From the NCBI GenBank assembly GCA_963749455.1, contig CAVVMX010000021.1:393354-457353 (forward strand): a DNA stretch of 64,000 bases, read 5' to 3'. The first letter of the stretch is position 1; each line of letters opens with the position of its first letter. Origin of the DNA: an uncultured Chloroflexia bacterium. GTDB taxonomy: Bacteria > Chloroflexota > Anaerolineae > JAAYZQ01. Position numbers and translations under genes: made by a program. Positions 24,458 through 34,277 of this stretch are shown in pieces. Under the pieces are notes generated by a model. That model made no database searches. It worked only from the letters and a program-made list of their open reading frames with translations, and was not told the DNA's origin.

Positions 24458-25727
24458 CTATCTGTGCAGGTTCCACGCAGCGATGACCGACAGGCCGGCC
24501 TCGGTCAGCGCCCGGGCAGTGCGGTTCACGGCGTTGTGCTTGTCCAGGTAGTTCCGCTCCATGGCCGGCATCAGCCCCTTGGCCAGGATCTCCTGCTTTG
24601 GCACAAAATAGTCGAGGATGTCAGAGGGATGCTCCAGCCCCTCCTCCACGTCCGGGTTGCCGCCCTCATGCTTGGCCGAGATGTTGGGCACCGTGGCGGC
24701 CAGTTCCACCAGCTCCTGGGTGCGGTCATAGGGCTGGCGGACGATGCTCTTGTACGCCTCGGTGATGTGGTGCTCAAAGCGGACTACCTCCTCCAACCCT
24801 AGAGCGCGGCGCAGGTCGGAGGCGATCTGGATCGTCTCGTTGTTGACCGAGTTGCTCCAGTTGAAACCGATGAGCGACGTGGTGCCGTCGTCTCGGGCAA
24901 AGAGCCGGGCGCCGATCAGGGTCCACAGCGCGGCGTAGGGGTTGTCGTTCCCCACAAAGACCGAGATCTTGAACTCGACGTCCACCCCCAGCTTGTGCAG
25001 GAAATAGGCAAGCAGGATCGTGCCGTTGTTGATGTTGAGCACCTGCTTGATGCCGTAGGTGGTGTAGTAGCCCAGGAACTCATCGAGCCACTTCAGTGCG
25101 TAGTGGTTGGGCTGGCCGATGCCGCCAAAATAGCCGGTGATCGTCGCCGGTCCGCCCAGGTGGACGTTCGAGCCGTCGGTGCCCTTGGTGTCAAGCGTCT
25201 CGACATAACTTGCTCCGACGATCTGCATGGCCGCGGCAACGGCCAGGGTATCACCCTGATCGGCCACCTGCTCCTTCATGTTGCGGACGCGGATGTAGCG
25301 CCCGGGCATCAGCTCGCCGTTGGCGATCGCCTGTCTGGCTTCGGCAATCAGCCAGGGGAAGAACGACAGGGAGCTGATCTCCAGGGTGACTGCCCGGCTG
25401 TCGTCAAAGACAATTGTATCAGACCGGCTGCCCAGCTACCTTGCGCCGGTAATCCGCCATGGGGATAAAGGCGCCCCTGTCCCGCTGATCCTCCAGCCAG
25501 GCTAGATCGGCCAGATAGGGCGAGCTGATCGCTTGCAGGCGCTGTTTGAGGTTTGGGAGGGAACGCGCCTCAGCGGCTTTCCGGTTTATCTCCTCGATCG
25601 TGCCATACTTGTCGACTACCGCCAGAAAATCGTTGATGGCCCGGTTGTTCGGGTCGAGCAGGAAGGCATTGACCTCGTCGAGCCGGCTGCTGGCGATCCT
25701 CAATCTGTTCCGCAGATCGGTGTCCAT
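24458..25727 (-). CDS. conserved hypothetical protein, first gene of the DapA-Fae operon; probably one ~420-aa gene split by a frameshift near 25419-25438
   Basis: ORF 25419..25727 (MDTDLRNRLRIASSRLDEV..., GAGGAGG RBS) ends inside a region that is open and protein-like in the frame of the 283-aa ORF 24458..25309 (...VFDDSRAVTLEISSLSFFPWLIAEARQAIANGELMPGRY...). No ATG, GTG or TTG start nor RBS precedes the 283-aa ORF. No family recognised. Stop is 15 nt upstream of DapA-Fae copy 2. Confidence 0.35.
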
Positions 25728-25866
25728 CAGTTCATCCTCCTCGCTGAGCGTGGATTACGTTGGCTGCCTGATTATAGCACACAAATTGCAGCTTGTCACT
25801 TCGTAGACGAAAGGAGGGCAGGACGCAACACAAGACCCGACAGGTTCTCGCAAACCCGTCGGGTCT

Positions 25867-25942
25867 TATACCCTCAGGTACCCTCGGCGCGATTCGGACG
25901 CGCGGCCTTCTCCTCCGCAGGGAGACGCTCTAATCCACTGAG
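25867..25942 (-). tRNA. tRNA-Arg (anticodon GCG as read; T-loop TCCGAAT)
   Basis: Hand-folded cloverleaf on the minus strand. Acceptor GCCCTCG/CGAGGGT (G1-U72), D arm GCTC..GAGC, anticodon arm TCTCC-CTGCGGA-GGAGA, T arm GCGCG-TCCGAAT-CGCGC, discriminator A + CC. Confidence 0.65.
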
Positions 25943-25947
25943 CTACG

Positions 25948-26040
25948 AGGGCTCAAAGGCGGGGAGGCAGGGATTTGAACCCTGGGAGGAGCTTTATGGC
26001 CCCTCAACCACTTAGCAGGCGGCCCCGATCGACCACTCCG
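25948..26040 (-). tRNA. tRNA-Ser (anticodon GCT), long variable arm
   Basis: GGGGAGG acceptor, 3-bp D stem, anticodon loop CTGCTAA, 21-nt variable arm, T arm CAGGG-TTCAAAT-CCCTG, discriminator G + CC. 5 nt from tRNA-Arg. Confidence 0.85.
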
Positions 26041-26057
26041 GCACCTCCCCAAGATAT

Positions 26058-26147
<90 letters not shown>

Positions 26148-26283
26148 ACATCCCTCCGCGAGCGGTGCCCCGGACTCCCTCCCCGGCGCATGGACAGTAT
26201 ATCAGAGAGCCCAGTTTCTGTCAAAACGGGTCTCTGGGCAAACCGAGAGGGTCCCCGGGGCCGGAAGTTGGCCGCGACCGCGG

Positions 26284-27550
<1,267 letters not shown>

Positions 27551-27738
27551 AGTTGCGGGATTATAGCACGAGGATGTCGTGATGTCAATTGTGTGTCCTG
27601 ACGCGTGTTTCGTATCTTGTGCTGCGCAACCGGAACACATGGCAGAGGTTGCCCGTAGGCCAAAAGTCTGGTATACTGGGCATAGACATCTACTGTCGTG
27701 TGATTTCGGCCTTACAGCTTCACATCAGGAGGTGAGCG

Positions 27739-28365
27739 ATGGACCGGGTTGAGCAGATGTATCAGGCGGTTAAGCAAAAGATACTGAATCTGGAGTTGAA
27801 TCCGATCCAGCCGATCGACGAGAAGGCGCTTGTGCGGGAGACGGGCGGTAGCCTGACGCTTGCCCAGCAGGCACTGGAACGACTGGCCAAGGACGGATTC
27901 GTCGTCAAGCAACGAGGGCGGTGGCTTGTGGCCCACTCGGCGACGACCTCCACCATGCGCGAGATCTTTGATGTGCGCACGACGTTGGAGGGGATGTGCG
28001 CCCGACTGGCAGCCGAGCGGATAACCCCTGAGCAGGTCCAGCGAATGGAGCAGCTGCTGAAGGACTTTGAGCGTGTCCTGAAGACAGAGGACAACAAGGC
28101 GCTGCTGATCGTAGATCACCAGTTCCACGGCCTGATGTACGAAGCATCGGGGAACCGCTTTCTGGCCCGCGCCCTGGAAGAGATGTACACCCTCGTCTAC
28201 CGCCTGTCGTTCTTTGCCCTGGACAGGATGGGCAGCGTCCGTGGCAACGTCGAGGAACATCTCCGGATTCTGGAAGCGCTGAAAGAGGGTGACGCGCGCT
28301 CGGCAGAGCGGCTTGTCCAACAGCACATTGCCCATTTTCAGAGCATGGTTGAGGGGTTGCTATAG
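27739..28365 (+). CDS. GntR-family transcriptional regulator (FadR/FCD C-terminal domain)
   Basis: AGGAGG RBS. N-terminal wHTH (ALVRETGGSLTLAQQALERLAKDGFVVKQRGRW) and helical FCD domain. Extended -10 TGgTATACT at ~27673-27681. Confidence 0.75.
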   Translation: MDRVEQMYQAVKQKILNLELNPIQPIDEKALVRETGGSLTLAQQALERLAKDGFVVKQRGRWLVAHSATTSTMREIFDVRTTLEGMCARLAAERITPEQVQRMEQLLKDFERVLKTEDNKALLIVDHQFHGLMYEASGNRFLARALEEMYTLVYRLSFFALDRMGSVRGNVEEHLRILEALKEGDARSAERLVQQHIAHFQSMVEGLL

Positions 28366-28368
28366 GGG

Positions 28369-29052
28369 TCAAACTTTCAGGGCATACAGCATCAGCATGG
28401 CGGCCAGGGGGACGGTCAGGTTGTCGATGCCCCACGGTGAAAGGGCCTCGACCAGAGTGCAAACGACCGACGTCGCACCACCATAGATCAGCGCCAGAAG
28501 CGGGCTGATGGATGGGGTCCCCAGGATGAGGGGGAGGACAAACAGGGCCAGTGATGTGGGGATCCAGCTCCACAGCAGCATCGCCACCGAGCCTTCCACC
28601 GAGCGGGTCTGGCCAAAGACGGTGTAGCGATGAAAACCGTACCGTCGGCCGACCAAAGCTGCCTGCGCATCGCCCCAGGTCATGGGCATCATGCTGGCGA
28701 CCATCGGGACGGGCATCCCCCAGAGGCAGTAGATGATGACGGCGAAGGAGATTGGAAAGTAGATCGTCCCCAGGTTGCTCTTGTCGCCCGTCTCCATGGC
28801 CTTGATAGTACCCCGCAAGTAAGAGATGGCGTTGATGATCGTGAAAGCCAACGGCGGGACGAGGGCCAGGTAGCAGTTCTCAAAGAGGAACACCGTCCCC
28901 ACGATCCACATGCCCACGCCGATGTGGATGAACTTCCGCGTGAAATCGAGCGACCGTCCGGCGACGCGGCGCAGCAGCTCCGCCACGGCGATGACGCCAA
29001 AGACGTAGGCAAAAGAGACGATCAGTGCAGTGTAGTTCTGATTCCAGGTCAT
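28369..29052 (-). CDS. integral membrane protein of the CTP-dependent polyprenol/diacylglycerol kinase (DUF92 / dolichol kinase-like) superfamily
   Basis: 7 predicted TM helices. RKFIHIGVG motif. Overlaps the psuG stop. Confidence 0.45.
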   Translation of the reverse strand: MTWNQNYTALIVSFAYVFGVIAVAELLRRVAGRSLDFTRKFIHIGVGMWIVGTVFLFENCYLALVPPLAFTIINAISYLRGTIKAMETGDKSNLGTIYFPISFAVIIYCLWGMPVPMVASMMPMTWGDAQAALVGRRYGFHRYTVFGQTRSVEGSVAMLLWSWIPTSLALFVLPLILGTPSISPLLALIYGGATSVVCTLVEALSPWGIDNLTVPLAAMLMLYALKV

Positions 29053-29982
29053 CTATTCCTCTGCCAGCCCCTTCAACGCGACCGCGATCTGGGCTGCGAC
29101 GGCAGCGTTGTTTTTTAGCAGCGCGACATTGGCTTTGAGGCTGTCTCCCCCTGTCTCCTGAGCGAGCCACTTGAGCAGAAACGGCGTTACGGCGTTGCCT
29201 TCGATGTGCTGCGCCCTGGCCTCAGCCAACGCGCTGATGATGTGGGGTTCGATGCTTTCCTTCGGCAGTTCGTCGGCCTCCGGCACAGGGACGACGATCA
29301 GAATGCCGCCGGGCAGGCCCAGTTGCCTCGTGGCATGAATGATAGCCGCCGCTTCCTGTGGCCTGTCGACGCGTATGTCGACCCGCAGTCCGCTATGTCG
29401 CGAATAGAAGGCGGGCAGCTCATCTGTGCCGTAGCCGACCACCGGCACGCCTGCCGTCTCCAGCCATTCCAAGGTCGCCGGCAGATCCAGGATCGCCTTG
29501 GCGCCGGAGCAGATGACAGCCACCGGCACCGACGCCAGCGTCGGCAGGTCGTTGGAGACGTCGAATGGGGCGTTCCGGTGTACCCCACCAATACCACCGG
29601 TTGCAAACGTTTCGATTCCGGCCCATGCAGCAATTGTGGCCGTCGCCGCCACGGTGGTGGCGCCGTCACACTGCTGGGCTACGACCACCGGCAGATCGCG
29701 GCGGCTGACCTTACGAATATTCTGCGCCGTGGCCAGGAATTCCAGTTCGGGCTCGGTCAGCCCGACGTGCAGTTGGCCGTGGAGGATGGCGATTGTGGCC
29801 GGTACGGCGCCGTGCTCCCAGACGGCTGCCTCCATCTGGCGGGCGACTTCCAGATTGTCAGGATAGGGCAGCCCATGGGCAATCACTGTGGATTCCAGAG
29901 CGACGACCGGCTGTCGGGCGCTGAGGGCGGAGCGGACTTGACTACTGACGTGCAAGAAGGGGGTTCTCTTCCTTTGAGCCAT
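29053..29982 (-). CDS. psuG: pseudouridine-5'-phosphate glycosidase
   Basis: Indigoidine-synthase-A-like family blocks (VVALESTVIAHGLPYP, VICSGAKAILD, ILIVVPVPE). Confidence 0.75.
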   Translation of the reverse strand: MAQRKRTPFLHVSSQVRSALSARQPVVALESTVIAHGLPYPDNLEVARQMEAAVWEHGAVPATIAILHGQLHVGLTEPELEFLATAQNIRKVSRRDLPVVVAQQCDGATTVAATATIAAWAGIETFATGGIGGVHRNAPFDVSNDLPTLASVPVAVICSGAKAILDLPATLEWLETAGVPVVGYGTDELPAFYSRHSGLRVDIRVDRPQEAAAIIHATRQLGLPGGILIVVPVPEADELPKESIEPHIISALAEARAQHIEGNAVTPFLLKWLAQETGGDSLKANVALLKNNAAVAAQIAVALKGLAEE

Positions 29983-29990
29983 TGGTTACC

Positions 29991-30941
29991 TCAGATCTGC
30001 AATTGGTCGTACAAGTGTTCCAGGCTAAGATCAGGGTGGACGGTCTCGCGGCTCTGGATGGTGAGCGCCGCGGCCGAGAGACCCAGCCGCACCGCCTGGT
30101 CTACGGGTAGGTCGTTAAGCAGGCCAAAGATGGCGCCTGCAGTCAGCGCGTCGCCCGCGCCGGTCATATCGACAATGTCGCATTCGATGGCCGGCACATT
30201 GCCACTCTCCTGCGACGTGGCGTATGCCAGGCCGGTAGCGCCCTGGGTTATGACCGCAATGCGCACCCCCATGGTCACCAGCTTCTTGGCGGCTGTCAGG
30301 GCGCTCCTACGACCCTGGACGTGCACGCCACACAGGGCCTCAGCTTCGGTGCTGTTGGGGGTGATCAGAAACAGCTCGGGCAGGTAGGGGCACAGCCGCG
30401 GCGCCAAGGTGGTGGTGGTGGGATCGGCGCACACCGGTACCTGATACTTGCGGGCCAAGCTAAAGATGGTGCGCAACGCGGCTGGCGACAGGTTGGCGTC
30501 GAGCGCGATCATCCGCGCGCCGCGGAAAAGGTTCCGATGTTGGTAGATGAGCTGGGGAGTGAGCACCTCTTGGCTGATCGCCATGTCATCGATGGAGGTC
30601 ACCATGTTGCCCGTCTCGTCCAGGACGGCCAGATAGGCTGCCGTACGGTGATCGGCGGCCACGACGATGTGACTGATGTCGATGCCGGCCTCAGCTGCCT
30701 GGCTCAGGATACGGCGGCCCGAGCTGTCATCGCCCACCGCCGAGAGCAGGACCACCGGCTCGCCGAGCCGCGCCAGGTTCTCGGCAATGTTGCGCGCCAC
30801 ACCACCGGCGCTGATGCGGATCGCCCCGGGGGTCGACGTGCCAGGCTGGATCGGCTGGCCGGCTCGGCCCTTCGTATCCAGGCTGGCTGCACCAATGATC
30901 AGCAGATGGTCTGAGCGCTCGAATCGGGTCGATACCACCAA
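29991..30941 (-). CDS. psuK: PfkB-family carbohydrate kinase, probable pseudouridine kinase
   Basis: Ribokinase-fold motifs (GGVARNIAENLARLG, DMTGAGDALTAGAIFGL). Immediately upstream of psuG. Confidence 0.6.
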   Translation of the reverse strand: MVVSTRFERSDHLLIIGAASLDTKGRAGQPIQPGTSTPGAIRISAGGVARNIAENLARLGEPVVLLSAVGDDSSGRRILSQAAEAGIDISHIVVAADHRTAAYLAVLDETGNMVTSIDDMAISQEVLTPQLIYQHRNLFRGARMIALDANLSPAALRTIFSLARKYQVPVCADPTTTTLAPRLCPYLPELFLITPNSTEAEALCGVHVQGRRSALTAAKKLVTMGVRIAVITQGATGLAYATSQESGNVPAIECDIVDMTGAGDALTAGAIFGLLNDLPVDQAVRLGLSAAALTIQSRETVHPDLSLEHLYDQLQI

Positions 30942-30992
30942 TAGATCATCCTCTTGTCGATATCATCCGGCCACTGTAGCGAAAAACGGTTG

Positions 30993-31021
30993 TTGACACC
31001 TCAACCCCTATCTGCTATAAT
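30993..31021 (+). promoter_or_regulatory. consensus sigma70 promoter (TTGACA, 17 bp, TATAAT)
   Basis: Perfect hexamers and spacing, 32 bp upstream of ATG 31054. Confidence 0.5.
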
Positions 31022-31053
31022 CAACATCAACTTTGCCCAAGAGGATATTACTC

Positions 31054-31308
31054 ATGGTTCAGGGAACGCAGCGAGGTCTCAAGATCTGGTTCAGGGATGA
31101 GATCCAGAACACACTGGTGGCCGTTGACATGGCGAATCTCGATCTCTTTTCCAGCATCGACTCCCCCGAAATGCAGATGTATCGCCGAGGCTACGTGGCA
31201 GCCATGCGCGCTGTCGCCGCGGCCTTTGGCCTCTCCTATTCGCCGCACATCGACCAGATGCAGCCTCAGGTTGTCGAGTCTCCTGCCTGGACCCGGGTCC
31301 TTTCCTAG
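31054..31308 (+). CDS. small hypothetical protein (84 aa)
   Basis: GAGGA RBS 7 nt upstream. MVQGTQRGLKIWFRDEIQNTLVAVDMANLDLFSSIDSPEMQMYRRGYVAAMRAVAAAFGLSY... No family recognised. Confidence 0.4.
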   Translation: MVQGTQRGLKIWFRDEIQNTLVAVDMANLDLFSSIDSPEMQMYRRGYVAAMRAVAAAFGLSYSPHIDQMQPQVVESPAWTRVLS

Positions 31309-31351
31309 CCGGCAGGGTCTCAAGCCGGACGGAAAACAGGACCCTGTCCTA

Positions 31352-32650
31352 TCAGGAGTCGTCCTCCGCTGGGGATATGCTGTCCCCTGCGGCGCGGCCC
31401 CCTGACGCCAAGGTCAACTCCGCCGTCTTCTGGAGCATCTTGACAGACTCGGGTGCCAGGTAGGTCAGCGCTAGCGAATCGGTGCCAATGTTGCGTATCG
31501 CCAGAAAGAACTGCGTCAGGGCGCCGCTGACAAATGCCTGCCGTCCCTGAGCTGCTAGCTCGTGCAGTATTCTGGCGCTGTTTGTGATCTTTTCGGCGGT
31601 GAGTCTGGACCTGGCGCCGCCCACAGACTCCACGTAGGCAGCCTCCGCTGGGGCCAAGTAGCTGCTCTGCCATCGATCCCATTCGGCCCGCCAGCTCTCG
31701 ATCCATTGCTGCGTAACCGCGTCCGCGACCTTGATCTGCCCGAGCTCCACTTTCAGGACTCTGGCCCCTACTCTGGCAGCGGCTGTGTGAAGCTCGGTCT
31801 CCAGCTCGTTGCGAATCACCTGCCTGGGGTGCTCGCTTCCTTCTCTTTCGGGTGCGACGAGCCGGTCGAGGGGGTAGCGAGCCAGGATGAATCGCAATTT
31901 ACCCTCAGTTGCGGATACGATGATCAGCCCCTTCCAATCCAGCATCCGGTCGCCTTCTGGTCGAGTAAGCTCACGCATCCACTTGCTGGTCACGGCCGTA
32001 AAGACCGCCTGCCCGTCCATCGGAAATGGCAATTCGTCTGTTGCTTGCTGATCTCCATTCTGGATCTGAAAGGCAATATCTGCATCGCAAGTAACAGGGA
32101 TTCCCTCTTTGCTCATGCCCACCACCGGGTACACCCATCGTGTGGGGCGGAGATCCACTGTGTCATGGATACGCTCGTACCGCTCGATGTGAGGGAAGCC
32201 AGGCCCTTCTACCCGTGTCAATTGCCCGCCTCGTTCAAGCATGACGGCAGAATCCTTGCGGATCACCAGATGGCCTGGTCCACCCACTCTCACGATCAAG
32301 CTGTCGAGTGGGTTACGTTGGAAGTTAACCTTGCCTTCCTCGACCAACAGCCATGGTTTGAAATTGCCTTGCCCGAACATGCAGTGGATCAGATACCAGA
32401 AGATCTCGCGCCTGCTTCCCAGATCATGCAACCGCTGTATGTAGCCAATGGACAGGGCAAAGGCAGCGGCGACCGCCACCGCTGCCGGAACAAGCGCTGC
32501 GCCTAACCTGATGCCCACGTGCCATGCAGTCGTGGCCATGCCGCCGACCAGCACGCCCACCACGGCCAACAGCACCAGGCAGATGAACAGCGGCATCACC
32601 CCGGAAAGAAACCGCTTCAGGAATCCGACGAACCGTTTGGGGCTGAACAT
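31352..32650 (-). CDS. membrane protein with SPFH/Band-7-like domain, paralog A
   Basis: N-terminal 2 TM. GGPGHLVIRKDSAVML, FPMDGQAVFTAVT. Shares colinear motifs with the upstream paralog. Confidence 0.4.
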   Translation of the reverse strand: MFSPKRFVGFLKRFLSGVMPLFICLVLLAVVGVLVGGMATTAWHVGIRLGAALVPAAVAVAAAFALSIGYIQRLHDLGSRREIFWYLIHCMFGQGNFKPWLLVEEGKVNFQRNPLDSLIVRVGGPGHLVIRKDSAVMLERGGQLTRVEGPGFPHIERYERIHDTVDLRPTRWVYPVVGMSKEGIPVTCDADIAFQIQNGDQQATDELPFPMDGQAVFTAVTSKWMRELTRPEGDRMLDWKGLIIVSATEGKLRFILARYPLDRLVAPEREGSEHPRQVIRNELETELHTAAARVGARVLKVELGQIKVADAVTQQWIESWRAEWDRWQSSYLAPAEAAYVESVGGARSRLTAEKITNSARILHELAAQGRQAFVSGALTQFFLAIRNIGTDSLALTYLAPESVKMLQKTAELTLASGGRAAGDSISPAEDDS

Positions 32651-32653
32651 CGC

Positions 32654-34162
32654 CTATACCCCAGATCCTTTCGCGGGCGAGTCGGAAACTAACACCGGCC
32701 TCCCCATCGATCGGAGATATGTGAGCCTCTGCCGGGTATCGTGTGTCAGCATTTCGCTGACGTTGGGGTTCTCGGCCATCCGCTCCAGTGAAGCGACGTA
32801 ACTGGCGGCGATCAGCTCTTCTGAAAGGTCTTCCCCCTCGGCAATGCTTTGGCTGAGCAGCTGGGCAACCATGGCAAACAGAGCCTGTTCGACGCCCAGC
32901 CGCGCGGCGTCGATCTGTTCTACCCTGGTGGCATCACGGTCTGCCTCAATGGCCTTGAGGCGGCTTTGCCACTTGGTCCGCCAGTTCTCAATCCGTTGCT
33001 GGATCAACGTGTCGTCTATAGGCAAGAGATTACTGATGCCGCCCCCGATGACTTCGATGCCAAAAGCACTCATCTCCGTTCGCAGACGGCCGACCAGTTC
33101 ATCGCGGACACGATACCGGGGATCATGCTGCGGATCGTGGGGGGAGGGTGTCCCATCCGACGAGTACCGCTGGACGATGTCCTCCGCCCCTTCGATGCAT
33201 GGTCCCAGCGCTAGGCACAGATCGTCAAACTTGTAGCGGGAGATGATATCCCGAAGGATCTGGGTTGCATGTATCTCCGGAAGCTCGTCCCAGCTATGCC
33301 TGCGCGCGGGCCGCTGTTCGACCGGTTCGTTGGTGACAGCCTGGAAAACAGCCTGGGAGTCATAGGGGAATGAACGTCCTTCTTCTGGCTTCTGGCCACC
33401 CCAATTTACACGGAAAGGGATAAAGACCAGCACCCGGATGGCAATGCCGTCCAGAGTGCGGGCCTCGACGAAAAAGGCTCGCAGTTGCGGCCGAAGATCC
33501 ACCACACGCTGGATGACATCATACCTGTGGGTAAACACCAGCCCGGGTTTCTTGTCCACTTGGATGTTGTTACCGTTGGTCAGGACCGCAAGGTGATCGG
33601 GGCCGGTCAAAACGACACCGGGTCCGGCGAATAACGATCGATAGGGGTTACCGGGAACTCGCTCCTTTAGCTCCCGATCCTGGACAACATAGTAGGGGTA
33701 GTTGGTGCCGAGAGAGAATGTCAACAGGCTGCGGAAGGCCCACTTGCGTTCCTGGTCATCTTGTGTGGGGAGCAGGTAGCCAGAAAGCAGGTAAAGCACG
33801 CCCCAGAAGAGCAGCGTTGCTGGCAAGGTGATCGTCGCCAAGCCCACACCGCCGCCTGCCCAGTATCCAATTAGGCACGCCAGGCTGAAAGCCAGCCAGA
33901 AGGCCACAGCAAGCGTTGCGCTACGAGATCCGGACAGTTTCCTGCCGAGGAACCAGCCGAGCACCGCAACTATCGCAACGGCGACGAGTAGCCCTATCCA
34001 GCCGGCCAGGGTCGCTCCGGCAATGCACACGCCGCACGCCGCTGCCGCAAGTGACACAAACAGGATGGCGCCACATCCCCCTTGCAAGTAATAGCCAAGG
34101 AATGCGGCAGCGAGCATGGTCGCCCCAGTAACAGCGGCTTCGATGAGCAGGAGATTGCCCAT
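32654..34162 (-). CDS. membrane protein with SPFH/Band-7-like domain, paralog B
   Basis: N-terminal 4-5 TM. AGPGVVLTGPDHLAVL, FPYDSQAVFQAVT, C-terminal coiled-coil-like region. 4-nt spacing to paralog A. Confidence 0.4.
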   Translation of the reverse strand: MGNLLLIEAAVTGATMLAAAFLGYYLQGGCGAILFVSLAAAACGVCIAGATLAGWIGLLVAVAIVAVLGWFLGRKLSGSRSATLAVAFWLAFSLACLIGYWAGGGVGLATITLPATLLFWGVLYLLSGYLLPTQDDQERKWAFRSLLTFSLGTNYPYYVVQDRELKERVPGNPYRSLFAGPGVVLTGPDHLAVLTNGNNIQVDKKPGLVFTHRYDVIQRVVDLRPQLRAFFVEARTLDGIAIRVLVFIPFRVNWGGQKPEEGRSFPYDSQAVFQAVTNEPVEQRPARRHSWDELPEIHATQILRDIISRYKFDDLCLALGPCIEGAEDIVQRYSSDGTPSPHDPQHDPRYRVRDELVGRLRTEMSAFGIEVIGGGISNLLPIDDTLIQQRIENWRTKWQSRLKAIEADRDATRVEQIDAARLGVEQALFAMVAQLLSQSIAEGEDLSEELIAASYVASLERMAENPNVSEMLTHDTRQRLTYLRSMGRPVLVSDSPAKGSGV

Positions 34163-34277
34163 ATCTTTTACGATTTCTCAAGTAATCTAGATCACACTAT
34201 AGCACAAACCGGCCCAGGGTCAAGTTCCCTTCGCTGCCTCTGAACCACCCATAGGGCTCCTGCGAATGCATCAGCGG

